64,000 bases of DNA, taken from Carcharhinus longimanus (Eukaryota). Of this stretch, positions 12,504 to 24,406 are shown piece by piece (position 1 is the first letter of the stretch; the number at the start of each line of letters is the position of its first letter). The notes under the pieces are model-generated. The model saw nothing but the letters and a program-made list of their open reading frames with translations. It did not search any database and was not told where the DNA came from. Position numbers and translations under genes: made by a program. The stretch covers positions 25,666,409 through 25,730,408 of the forward strand of contig JASCQW010000190.1 in NCBI GenBank assembly GCA_030264375.1, given 5' to 3'.

Positions 12504-13324
12504 ATTAAAAAAATTAGTTTGTTCAGTTCCAAACAGAGCATTGATAAAGGTAGTGGGGGTGGGGGAAATGTAGAAAGTGGAAGAGGTGGAGCGAGAAAGT
12601 CAGGTTAAGAGCAAACACTGCCACATGTATGATGGGCCAAATGGTGTTATTCTGTGCTCTAATTGCAGTGATATTTATTCACGATTGAAGCGGCCCAGTC
12701 AGGTTGTTGGCCTTCTCTTCCTCCTTTCATCTGGTTCCACTCAGGTTTAAAAAATGTTAAGGTATTTTTCAAACTCACACAGATGCCACTGAACAAGGCA
12801 ACTTGTTCCCTTCTTCCAACATTACACCTTTCAGATGAGCAACATGAAACACAATCGCGATCAACAGTTATTCATGAAGACGACCAGACTGATAAAGAGT
12901 AGGGATCATTCACATTAAAGCACCATGACACCATTCCATTCATTAAGCGCACAATGTACATTGTAGTAATAAGCTTTGTCTACAAATAATAAAATGCAAA
13001 AGAAAGGCAATTAAATCCTGGGATGCATTGGACCTATGGATATTGTACAACAAAACAGTTCAAATTATTGTCTCCCCCCAATTGCATTTACTACGTTAAT
13101 TTGAGTCCTGTTCTGGTAAATGAAGTTGAAAAACAAAAAATATTGCTTTGGTGCTGGCACTGCATTGCATGTAAACCCTGATAATAAATACAATACTAAT
13201 AAATAAAAATTAGAGACATTACTACAGTTGAACTGAAAGTACCGAAATGAAGACTGACAGCTTAGCATGCACTAACAATTAGCAAGAGTATCACTAAATC
13301 TATACAAACTAGCTTTAAACTACT

Positions 13325-13338
13325 CTGCCCCCTAGTGA
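13325..13338 (-). promoter_or_regulatory. Candidate CTCF site
   Basis: Minus strand TCACTAGGGGGCAG versus consensus CCACYAGRKGGCR; motif-only. Confidence 0.45.
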
Positions 13339-14304
13339 TCACTTTTCAATATTTCAGTAGTATTCAACTGTCAGAATGTGTGTGATTAACATTGTGAGAA
13401 AACGTATGACTGTTTCAATATTTTCTTAGGAATCATTTTCGATGTTTTTGACTCGAGTTACAAAATACTGAATTTGCAAGGCCAAGTTCTGGCCAGTCTG
13501 CCAATCAAAGCCAAGCCTGTCCTAGAATTAAAACACATCCAATGGCCAAAAAAAGGTTTGGAATTCATGGCAGCTGGGCTGTTGTTCATGGCACGGGATG
13601 TCTCGGAGATTGAAAACACTGACAAAGTTATATTGCATTAAAATTCCTTCAAAGGTGGAAACTCAACCAGCACCCATGAGGTTAACAATGAATAAACTTG
13701 TGATACTTCAACTTTAACCCCCTCCATTTTCATAATCTGCAAATCTTCCCCTGAACAGAAGGCAAATATAGGTGCCAGATTGTCAAAAAAAGAGAGATGA
13801 AAGTATAATACTTGTTTTATAAACTCACCCAAAGGTTGCACATGGAATATTCCAAAAATGTTTCTAAGATAGTTAGCATATGGTTAATTTGATTTGGGAA
13901 TTTATTACAAAAATATTTTATATTACACAGCTGGTAAACACGCCTATTGGCTCTTTCACATGGCATGTAAACAGGTGTGAAAGATTTAATTTTGTGCATC
14001 ATCATCCTTATTCAGTCAACTGAAAAAGTACAATCCTTCTAATGTGCTTCCCCAGCTAAGTATAGGAGTTTGAAAATGAATCCAATTTAAGGGGATAGGA
14101 TGGAAAAAAAAATATTCTCTCTATCATGGGACATTTCAACGGCCTAAGACTGGAATGTGGTTAACATTTGAACACCAGAAACCAATGTTGTGTTTTCATG
14201 ATTGTTTCTAAACTGTACAGCAAATGCACAGATATTGAGGTGTTAGGTAATTTGTGCCAAAAATCAGAGCAAACATTCACAATACAGCTTGCAGATGCAA
14301 GAAC

Positions 14305-16808
14305 TTATTTCACATGTTCTGCAGTATGAGAAGAACAGTAATACTTCTTGTGAGCTATAAAAGTTGAAAGGCTACTGAACTTGATGTTGCACAAGCGACA
14401 GTATCTGTGGTTTCCATTCTGCACCGGGCTTGGGAGTGACATGGCTGTCTGAACAGATTTGTCAACATTCATGGCTGGGCTAAGGGATTTGAAACCTGGG
14501 TTCCTGGGACTTTCAGGCACTGGTAATATTTTCAAAGCAACATTAGGGGAGGGTGTCACTAAAGGTTTAGGTGAGATGTTTTGCAAAGGACTTTCAACTG
14601 ATGACTGGGAAGAGAGCGATTCTCTTTGATCTTTGGCATTCGGGATATTCTTCTGTATTTGAGCAACTGATTTGAGAGATGGGGCAGAAACTATGGAATT
14701 CTGAGGGCTGATTTCAGAAACACTGTTTGTCATGAGTTTACCTGGTGCTGAAATATCGTGCATTAAGCCATCTGCTGAGTGCCCAGTTGAAAGTTGCTTG
14801 GCCAACAACAAATCATGAACATTCTTAAAATGATCAATAAGGTCTCCTTCAATTGGTCCATTAAGTGGACAATAGGGGCAGATGACTGAATGAGTGCGCT
14901 GAGATGCTGAGAAGGTTTTAACATGGGGTGACATCTGAGGCCCATCTTGCAAAACATCTGAACTACTGTGATACATTCCTGGAGAGCTGTTGGGCGTAAC
15001 ACTGCCATGTACTATGTTTGGACTTTCTGGAATACATTTAGTGCTTATTTCATTTTTCTTCAATTCCTCAGTTTGTATTGGAGGGTCTGCATTTTCCACC
15101 CTATTTTTCTTGGCTTTTACTGAAGCTGATGCCTGCATCTTTACTCTGGCCAGATGCTCCACCTTGCTGTGCTGAAGAGCAGTAGCAGAGCAGTAATACT
15201 TTTTGTGAGTAAGATAGTTTTCTACATTGTTGAAACCAATTTTGCAGGAGGTACATTCATGATAGTCTGTTGAAAAGTGCGAGGCTGGACGCAAAGGGGC
15301 AACATGAATCAACGGTTCTTCCTGAATACGAGGCTTTTTGCTAAGATCAATTGGTCCATCAACATCCAAACTTGAACCTGGTGATGATGTTGCACTGGAC
15401 TGTGTTGTTAATATATAACCTGTTGATAGGGAAAGAGAATCTGATGACCTTGAAGAAAGTGAGAGAGCCTCTTGTTTAATTTTCAAAGGTTCCACATTGT
15501 TAGGTGGCCCAGCACTTTGAAGGATGGCAGCCGAAGGACTGTGAACAGGTACTTCACTTGGGGAAGGTGGAGGAAAGGGCTGATGGCTAGTACCATGAAT
15601 CTCATACAGTTTTCTACGTTTACGTGTACGTACAATTTGCTGAAGCATTGCCGCTTTTCCTCCGTTTGGCCTGCGAAGAGGGGGGTCATGTCTTGAAGCA
15701 CAATATAAACGCTTGTGGACCACATAAGTTTCATGCCGGGTAAACCTTATATTGCAGGCTTCACAGACAGTTTTTGAAGGGTCATCATCAAAATCTTCAA
15801 CGGAGTTGCTTGGACTTTGGCTGCCTTCACTGACTCTACTAACACTTTCCCCTTCAGATGAGGTATCCTTCATGGCACTGTCTTCACTTTTGATTTCTGG
15901 AGGTTTACTCTCAACATTTGGTGTCCGCAGGTCTCTTTCAGAGTCAGTCTGTGAGGAAGAAGCATGCTGGTTTTCTGTTCCAGAAGTTGGGCTGTGAATT
16001 ACTTGTTCATTTCTATGTGCGGGTGCAGAATCTTTCACAGCGTCATCGACAGTAGGGTTTTCTGCCTGCTGATGCCTGCTGGAACAGTAGAGTCGTTTGT
16101 GTGCCAAATAATTGTTGATATTATTGAATGTAATGTCACATTCATAGCATGTTGCTCCTTTTTGAATGGGTGCTCCTGCATAGAGAAGTGGATAGTTGTT
16201 GACTCCTTGCTTTAATCTGCTGTGGACCAGCTCAGACATCTTGGCTAAAATTTCAGAAGCTTGTGGAAATGTGGAAGTTTCATGACTGAACATGTATGGT
16301 ATCAGAACTGTTCCTTCAGGCATAATTGAACCTGTCCCGCAGTGGACAGGACTCGAGGCTGGTGTTGGGCTTGAACACTCCGATTTCACCTTTGCTATCA
16401 ATGTGCTTCTTGGTGATGAAACATTGGAAGATTGGTCAGGAGTAGGGGCTGTCTGACCCTCCACCATTGTCCTATCACCTTCACTTTCACACTGCAAATT
16501 GAGAGGCTCCTCTTTGACTTTCACAACTACGTCAAGTTCCTCGGAAACTTCTCTACTCAAAGCTGGAGATCTTCTGTCATCCCTGCCCTTTGTCTCCTCC
16601 ACATTGTGCCATGGCTCATCACCTTGATGAATCTCCATGTGCTTGGCCAACTCTGCAGCATTTCTTAGCTTCTCGTGGCACTGGCTGCACTGAAATGTAT
16701 CTTGTACAACATGCAATGAAATATGTTGCTGCAAGTTTGATTCAGAATCCCCAACATACTCACACTGGTTACACTTCAGGCTTAGGAAAGGACTTGCAAC
16801 CTTTACAC
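14305..16808 (-). CDS. ZFPM1: ZFPM1/FOG1 terminal coding exon: 7 zinc fingers, NLS, CtBP motif, stop codon
   Basis: Acceptor tttatcacag|GT, phase 1, open to TAA at 14305-14307. Contains ASEILAKMSELVHSRL; CCHC fingers CYEC..HKRLYC, CEAC..HKRLYC, CTSC..HKKYYC and CRLC..HKKYYC; C2H2 CPYC..HFKNVH; two extra N-terminal C2H2 fingers; ends SSHTAEHVK. Confidence 0.98.
15340..15354 (-). other. ZFPM1: PIDLS CtBP-binding motif of FOG1
   Basis: CCA ATT GAT CTT AGC in frame (GPIDLSKKPR), the established PXDLS CtBP motif of FOG proteins. Confidence 0.93.
15610..15630 (-). other. ZFPM1: Basic NLS RTRKRRK
   Basis: In-frame basic cluster after finger 6, at the position of the FOG-family NLS. Confidence 0.8.
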
Positions 16809-17161
16809 CTGTGATAAACAGATTACCACAAAAAGAAATATAAACAAAAGTTGTATAAATCCAGTATTATTTTCAGCTTTCATCCACTAAATAGAATTTT
16901 TAAAGTGTTATTAATTCTATACAGCCAATGCACAAATTGGAAATGTTTCTAAACTTGGATGTTACTTCCCCCATTGTTACTAACCTACATTACTTTTGCA
17001 ATTTTAAAATATGAACATTTTCCAACTTTTAAAAATAATTTTACGAAAGTATCATTTGATAAGTGATGCAATAAATAAGGAACAGACCGATCATTTGCCA
17101 TTTCAAGCTGACACTAAAATAGCAGGATATGGGACATTTCTAGCATGTGCTTGTTGCTTAC

Positions 17162-17305
17162 CTGTTGGAGGAAGTGCAGGTACACCTGTCCTTGGAGAAG
17201 ATGAGTCACCTCTTGCCCCTGGCTGGCAGGCCATGTGATTGGTAAGTAGATGACTGTACAAGATATCTCTTGTGGTGGAGACAAATCCACAGCCATGACA
17301 AACAC
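17162..17305 (-). CDS. ZFPM1: ZFPM1/FOG1 coding exon (exon 9 equivalent): C2H2 finger 4
   Basis: Acceptor ttaccacag|GT, donor ACAG|gtaagc, 144 nt, phase 1 to 1. Encodes VCHGCGFVSTTRDILYSHLLTNHMACQPGARGD... Confidence 0.96.
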
Positions 17306-17759
17306 CTGTGGTAAACCACACAACAGTCTTGAGATATGATCTTTAAAATTCACACCACCTCTCTCAACCTGGTACTCCTGCCCTACTCGAATGTTTTAAA
17401 ACCAATGCATCCCTTGTTTAAAAATATAGTTTACTTAAAATTTTGCATATGGAGTAAGAGTAGGCCATTCAGCCCCTCAAGTCTGCCATTCACTGTGATA
17501 ATGACTAATTGCCATCTCAATTCCATGGACTGGTCTTTGGGAATATCATTTGTCTTAACTGGGCAATCAGAGGTCACTGACTTTATTGCTACTGTCCATC
17601 TTCTACTTTTGAACCAATCACCAATTCATATCATGATGTTACCTCCAATTCTATACCATTTCCTTTTTATAAATACTTGTGTGTAGAACCTTGTCCAATG
17701 TCTTCCAAGACTATATAGGCAACATCCATAGAGATGCTTCCTTGATTATCCCAAGAAAT

Positions 17760-18840
17760 CACAGAATATTTATAACACAAAAGACAACCATTCAACCCCT
17801 TGTGCCTGTGCTGACTCTCTGAAAGAACAATTAATCTAATGCCACTTCCCATAACCTTGCGCATCTTTCCTTTTCAGATAATGATGCAATTCTCTTTTGG
17901 AAGCTCCAATTGACTGTGCCTCCACCCCACTCAGACAGCATTCCTAACCACTGGCTGCGTCCAGAACACTTCTCTCATGTCACCACTGTTTCATAATTGC
18001 CAATTACATGAAATCCGTACTCAAGTTCTCATTCCATTCACCAACGGGAACAACTTCCCCCTATCTACTCTGTCCAGATTCTTCATGACTTTGAAAACCC
18101 CTATTGAATCTCATCTGAACCTGCTCATCTTCAGGGAAAAAAGTCAACTTCCCCAACCTTGGTAACTGAAATCCCTCAACCATTTCCATGAATCTTTTCT
18201 GCAACCTTCACATCCTTCGTAAAATGTGTGCCCAGAACTGGATGTAATACTCCAGCTGAGGCTGAGACAATGTTTTATAAATTTAACACAATGTTCTCAC
18301 TTCTGTACTCTATGCCCTTATTGATAAAGCTCAGGATGCTGAATGCCTTATTACCAGCTCTTTCAACCTGTTCTATCTTCAATAACTTATGTACATATAT
18401 ACCGGGGTTCCTCACTCTCTTTATATAGTCTCTCTGCATTCTTCCTACCAAAATACATCACTTCACACTTTCCCGTATTGAATTTCATCTTGCCAATGTC
18501 CACCCATTCCAACAACCTATGTCCTTTTGAAGCTCTAAACTATCCTCTACATGGTTCACAATATTTCCAAGTTTCATATCATCTGCAATTTTTGAAACTG
18601 TACATTATACACCAAAGGTCTGGATCATTAATACTGGGGAGAATATATATTCTATTCCCTGTGGAACTCCTACAAACCTTCATCCAGTCCAAAAAAAACC
18701 TTTCATCTCAACTCTTCAATATGTCACACTCAGCCAACTTCACATCTGTGTTGCCACAGCTGTCCCTTTCATTCCACGAGCTCTCACTTTGCTCAAGTCT
18801 GTTGCGTGACACCTTATTAAATGCCTTTGGGAAGTCCAAA
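17760..18840 (-). mobile_element. Old decayed CR1 3' portion
   Basis: Reverse of cagttctgggcac, ttcccaaaggcatttaataaggtg (DFPKAFNKV) and a tail near 17760-17820. Confidence 0.75.
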
Positions 18841-19084
18841 TTTTTTTTTTCTTTTATCCAGTAAAACACTAGAGCAAGCATGCAATGCCAATTTTGGTAA
18901 TTGTATCTGGTCACTGGCTTGTGTCGAAGCTTTCAGTTTTCTGTCAGAGTTCTGAATAACTTGATCTTACGTGCCAAAATAACTTAATTTCTAAAAGCTG
19001 GTTTAAAATACTTTGCAAACTCTTCATAAAACTAAAGAGAAAACTTGGAAGGGTAAGACCGTGGAGAGAGGGTAAGACCATCTC

Positions 19085-19505
19085 TGTTTCAGCTCATCTG
19101 CTGTGCTCACTGACCTATGTTGTCTCCTGCTCAATGTCCTGATTTTAAAATTCTTATTTGTTTTCAAATCCTTCCATGATCATACCCCTCCCTATCTCTG
19201 TAATCTGTTATTTCAGCCTTATGACGCTCAGAAATCTGCACTTAACAAATACTCATCTAATGCTTATTAAAGCGATTTGAACACCCTTGATATTAATTGC
19301 TCTACCACTGGTGGTCATACCTGAAGTGGCTTTAGGCCCCTACGACTGTCCTCCTTTAAGACACTCGTTAAAATACTTCTCTGATTAAGCTTTTAATTAT
19401 CTGCCTAATATCTCCTTCTGTGGCTCAGATTTTGTTTTATAATGTTCCTGGGAAGCATCTTGGAAATCACATTAAAGGCTCTATGTAAATTTAATCTGTT
19501 GTTAA
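19085..19505 (+). mobile_element. L2 LINE 3' end
   Basis: tgctcactgaccta...gattttaaaattctt...ccctatctctgtaatct...cattaaaggctctatgtaaat tail. Confidence 0.68.
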
Positions 19506-20229
19506 GCTGTAAACTATAGCTTCCAGTCTACATACACATGCAGTTTACATGAAAACGCTTGCAAATGGGCCAAGGATTTCCAGCAAAATAACTCGGCAGT
19601 GCCACCCAAATACTTATTAATTCAAATGGGAATAGATTTCTCCAAGCATATCTCCATGGCAAGGAAACCATAAAAGTGCATAATGATAAGCACAGAATAA
19701 AATGTGCCTTAGTAATGTTCACTCCTTTGATTCTGGGGATGAATTATGTGTGTTCAAAAAGAACACTGAATATTATGTTAACCAGCACTGGCTTATGGCC
19801 TTCTTTGCTCAAACTTTCTACAAAGTCTAAATACATTTACAGGAAATCCAAACCTCCAGTTTCATTTCATCTTTCACTGTGCACTTTCGTCATTCATCCT
19901 TATTGACCCGAGTGTATGAATTACAGATCCTCCTATGAATGCTACTGGCAGTGTCACTTCACTCCTTGGAGACATTATTTTACTTTTCAGTGCATGAAAA
20001 CAGTAAGCAGGATGGCCCATGGAAATAAATTGTCATTGCTGGGGATTAAATGCCCAACTGAGAACAAAGTGACAATGATTGATGAATCTATGTATCACAA
20101 ATCCCGGAGTCAAGAATCTATCAGATTCAGTGTAGGAGATTACTTGTTATTTTACCAACAAATTTCTTCAAAAACAATGTTCATTCAAGATTCTTGGCAG
20201 GAAGAGGATTTAAAAACAATATAACGGAT

Positions 20230-20930
20230 GGGACTTTCCCAAAAAAATTCCAAGTGTTGAATTTGCGTAAAAACTGGAGTAAATTACGCTTTTTTTTCAG
20301 CGGGATTTTCAAAATTAATCTCCCACACACTGTGTGCTGCAGTGTGCAAATCTCATTAAAAATCAGGGGGGCAGGGCCTATTTCCACTGGACAGGCTGGC
20401 AGCATAGTATTGAGCAGGGCACTGCGCATGTGCCAATCTGTCATAGTGGAGATCAGCACATGCACAGTGGACCCGCACTGATGGCCTCCTGAGCGCTGGC
20501 CAGCACAGCAATCCTCGCGTAGCTGGCCGTGCAACCACCCCCCACTACTGCCCACCCCTCGCAACATGCACCAATCACTGGCAACCTTCTTGCCCCTGAC
20601 CTTCTCAGGGAGTGGGGACCTCAATTGCACCCCCTTCACTGCAGCGCACTTGGGTTGCCAGCTCCCTGCAAGTGGGGAGCTGTTGAAAACCCAGCTGGAG
20701 TGAAACACTCCTGGTTGGGGGAGTTGAGTCCCTGTCCTGCTAATTAGATGCAAATTTTGATTTGAATACATTATGCAACTCTGCACCGATTTCTGGCATG
20801 GAGCTGATGGCACCCAGACACAGAGGCCGTGGCGCCCAGGGGGAACCCCACGACCTGTCCTCTGCACGAGTCTCCCAGCTCACTGCTCTAATCGCTCCCA
20901 ATGCCTTTAAACTGGGAGTACTGTTAGAGC
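20230..20930. repeat. GC-rich interspersed repeat (MITE or DNA-transposon-like)
   Basis: Abrupt GC-rich block with internal palindromes (cactgcgcatgtgc..gcacatgcacagtg) in an AT-rich intron; ORFs show no domain signal. Confidence 0.45.
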
Positions 20931-21284
20931 ATTATTTCGCTTTCAATGAGCAAAATAGACAGAATAGGGTAAGCTGAATTCTATTCAAAATATTTTGTTT
21001 CAACATGACAATATATCAAAACACCGTGTTTAAAATATATTAGAATGATCAACACAGGAATCAAGTCAAACATTCCAGGAAACAAACCTACTGACTGGAT
21101 CTCTCAAGAAAGTTATTTTATTAACAGTGGATATGATTTGGTGCCTTCAGACTGAATGTAGATTCAGCTCATATTCAACTTGAAGGACTTTGTAATGGTG
21201 CCAAATTAAATAACAATTTCAAAGCAGTTTTCTCCTGTAGGTTTGTTCAGCTTCTGACTAGACTGGAAGGGTGGAGAACTCAGT

Positions 21285-21490
21285 ATTGGGGTCAGTTTAT
21301 TCGATTGCCTGGATAACTAGATGCAGAATGACAAGTTGAATCCTAGTTCTGGCTGTGGTGGTTGATGGAGGCCTATTTCCTCACTTTGCCCTGTGATTGT
21401 CGAGTGGTGCGCCTCAAGCTATATACAACCATTGCATCTTTCCAATGGAGGGAGATGTTTGTGGTCCTTTGTGGACCTATGGCTAACGAA
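21285..21490 (+). mobile_element. Old tRNA-derived SINE-like repeat
   Basis: ggggtcagtttattcgattg (A-box-like) and gttgaatcc (B-box-like); resembles a recalled shark repeat; heavily decayed. Confidence 0.35.
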
Positions 21491-22254
21491 CTTATCTGGA
21501 AGGGTGGCGAACAATCATGAACAAAATGCATCAACTACAGGAAGCAACATCCCAGAGAGAGCTATAGTGTGAACTGGAAAATATATACTTCCACATGTGC
21601 GCACACATGCACGAAGACGCGCACGCACAATAAAAATAAGTTTAATATACTTCAAACTGTTACAATCACATTACTGGATTTGACAATAACTGCTTTAATT
21701 ACTTTTCAACTACAATGAAAATAGTTTGAAAATGCATCTAAAGAGTAACCTTCTACCAAATTCAGGGATTGGGAACTATGAAAGTTTAAGTTTATTGAAT
21801 GAAACAAGGACCTTCAATTCATATTGAAACTTTGGTTTTTAAATACATTTCTATAGGATTTAATTTTAGGAAGACTAATTGTAGTATTGGAATAAAGTTT
21901 CACTTCTGCTTCTTGAACCCAGCTGATTCTAATCTAAAGGTGTGAGAAACAAACTTATAGCATCAACTCAGCCAGGAATTTTCCAGCCACAGATGCCTGG
22001 CTGGATTAGAAAAGGCAGCTATGGAGTTGCTCAATTGTGGACATAACTGGGGATGCAATTTTGGCTCAGACATTTAGTGCCACAGAGCTGGGTTACAAAA
22101 ATACTGGTTGCTCCATTGCTTTTTGTGATTTTAAACTTTCTTTCCTCCCACAGTTTTAACGTTATCCCTTTCCTTTCCATTCTGAACGTGTGTTGACTAT
22201 CTAGTTTTGTGCATTCGGCATCTCCTAGGCTTGCATATTTCGTAAACTGAGCCT

Positions 22255-22670
22255 GTGTCAGGATTGGTTCAGTCTCGCACTCTTGCCCAAGTCAGATGGT
22301 TGTGAGTTCAAGTCCCACTCCAGAAACTTGTGCAGTAAATCTAGGCTGACATTCCACTGCCATACTGAGGATGTACTGCAATGCCATAGTGCTGTCTTTT
22401 GGGTGAGATGTTAAACAAAAGTCAGCTGTGCCCCGCAGGTGGGTGCATACGATTCCATAATACTATTCAAAGATGAGCAGGGGAATTCCTTCCAACGTCC
22501 TGGCCAACATGTAGCCTTCAACCAACATCACTAAAAACAGAAGACCTGGCCACTAACACATTGCCGCTTATAGGAACTCACCTTGTGCAACAAGGCTACC
22601 ACATCCCTACATTACAACAGTCATTATACTTCAAAAGTACGTCATTCACTGTAAAGTGCCTTGGGACATG
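22255..22670 (+). mobile_element. SacSINE1/DeuSINE-like ancient SINE
   Basis: tRNA-like head (gagttcaagtcccactccag), Deu-like core (gtcttttgggtgagatgttaaac...gtcctggccaacat...caaccaacatcactaaaaacag), tail cttcaaaagtac..cactgtaaagtgccttggga. Confidence 0.68.
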
Positions 22671-22739
22671 GAAGGTGCGAGGATGCCATTCTGATTGTTT
22701 GAACTTGATGAACATAAGAATATACAAGATAAAATACAG

Positions 22740-23515
22740 GTAAGTGTGAGGTGTTGCATTTTGGCAAGTCAAATCAAGGTAGGACTTTCACGATGAATGG
22801 TAGGATCGTAGGGAATATTGTGGAACACAGCGACCTTGGAGTTCAGGTGCATGGTTCTCTAAAGGTGGAGTCATAGACAGATAGGGCAGTGAAGAAGTCT
22901 GTTGGCATGCAGTACTTCATCAGGGCACGGAGTATAGAAGTTGGGAAGTTATGTTGCAATTGTACAAGATGTTGGTGAGGCCACACTTGGCGTAGTTTGT
23001 TCAGTTTTGGTTGCCTTGCTATAGGAAAGATGTTATTAAACTGGAGAGAGTAGTAGAGAAGAGATTTACAAGGATGTTGCCAGGTCTCAAGGGACTGAGT
23101 TAGAGGGAGAGCTTGGACAGACTAGCACTTTTTTCTTTGGACAATAGGAGACTGAGGGGTGTATAAGATCATGAGAGCATGGTTAGGGTGAACACATTCA
23201 GTCTTTTTCCTAGGGTTGGGGAAATCGAGAATTAAAGGCCATAGGTTGAGGTTAAGAGTGGAAAGACTTCATGGGAACCTGAGCAGCAACTTCTTTTACA
23301 CAGAGTGTGGACATATGTGGAATGAGCTGCCAGAAGAAGTGGCTGAGGCAGGGACATTGACACCATTTAAAAGGCATTTGGACAAATACACAGTTTGAAA
23401 AAGTTTAGAGGGATATGGGCCAAATGCAGGCAAACGGGAATAGCCTAGGTGAGCATTTTGGTCAGCATGGACCAGTTGGGCCAAAGGGCCTGTCTCCGTG
23501 TCGTTGATTCTATGA
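22740..23515 (+). mobile_element. CR1 LINE 3' portion
   Basis: KCEVLHFG, LVRPHL and WNELPEEVAEAGTLTPFKRHLD motifs; tail gggccaaagggcctgtctccgtg..gattctatga. Confidence 0.85.
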
Positions 23516-24258
23516 TAATCAATGATATCCCTGACCACTGGGACATCCAGTCCATATGAACTGATGCACAAATAGAATGTCTGCAGATATATGCACCTTT
23601 CTTTTGGGTGAATCAAACACAGAATACGTCAACTATTACCATTTTAAATGGTTTAAATCTTTTGCCACGAACCAAACAAAAGATCTGGGAGTGAAGGTAT
23701 AATTACTACTGTCCTCCACTAGAGAGAGTTCCTTGCGACCTACTAAACAGAGTCACAATCAATGTGAAAACAGGTGAACTTTATTGACTTCAATGACGGA
23801 AGCAGAGTCCCCAATTCTACTGTCAACTGAAACTAACCCCTTCAATGTTTGACTAGTCAAATGGTTATTGAAGGGAATCTTTGTGACATTATTGTAAAAA
23901 GAGCACTTCCAAATAGGCTAAAAAATAGAGACTACCTTGAATATTGAGAACAAGTACATAGCATTTAGTTTTTAAACATGTTTTCCTTTTTAAAATATCT
24001 TACAAATAATGTCTCAAACATATTAGCTTGGCACTGAAGCAGAAGCCTTGCTGAAGGTGTTCCCTTCTATATGAGTCATTAAATTGAGAGCCTTTCTGCC
24101 TTCTTGGGTGGATGTGTTCCAAACAGTGGTCTTGCTAATCTCCTGTCTCACGTTTATTCCCCATTAACATCTCCAAACTAAAACAAATCAATTGCTTAGG
24201 AAGACAGGAAGTTGATTCTTATCCTGGCTGCTGGTGCACGTATAGTTTCCCCAACTAA

Positions 24259-24406
24259 GTGGCATGGTGGCACAGTGGTTAGCACTGCTGCCTCACAGTG
24301 CCAGGGGCCCAGGTTCAATTCCAGCCTCAGGTCACTGTCTGTGTGGAGTTTGTACATTCTCCCTGTATCTGCATGGGTTTCCTCCCATTGTCCAAAGATG
24401 TGTGGG
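24259..24406 (+). mobile_element. V-SINE 5' part, running into an N gap
   Basis: ggcatggtggcacagtggttagcactgctgcctcacag...ggttcaattcc head. Confidence 0.85.

Larger units (their letters stand above)
11570..14304 (-). other. ZFPM1: Probable ZFPM1 3' UTR (true end uncertain)
   Basis: AU-rich sequence after the stop. Minus-strand AATAAA at 13901-13906, 12674-12679, 11664-11669 and 11585-11590; the last is followed by a U-rich tract. Confidence 0.4.

Noticed and set aside
14305-16734. 809-aa ORF as a stand-alone gene starting MQQHISL
   Set aside because: The start is a TTG inside a zinc finger. The frame is open back to the splice acceptor at 16808, so it is the terminal exon of ZFPM1.
17103-17161. 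Read-through of the exon into the 353-nt last intron, giving a 4-finger truncated protein
   Set aside because: Strong canonical donor (CAG|gtaagc) and no sequence evidence for retention.
18958-18982. Possible third U2-like fragment (minus ttttggcacgtaagatcaag)
   Set aside because: Too short, needs a 3-nt gap and has no flanking similarity; likely chance.
20181-20867. 228-aa minus-strand ORF
   Set aside because: Lies in a GC-rich repeat, has no domain motif and no fit to the ZFPM1 exon chain.
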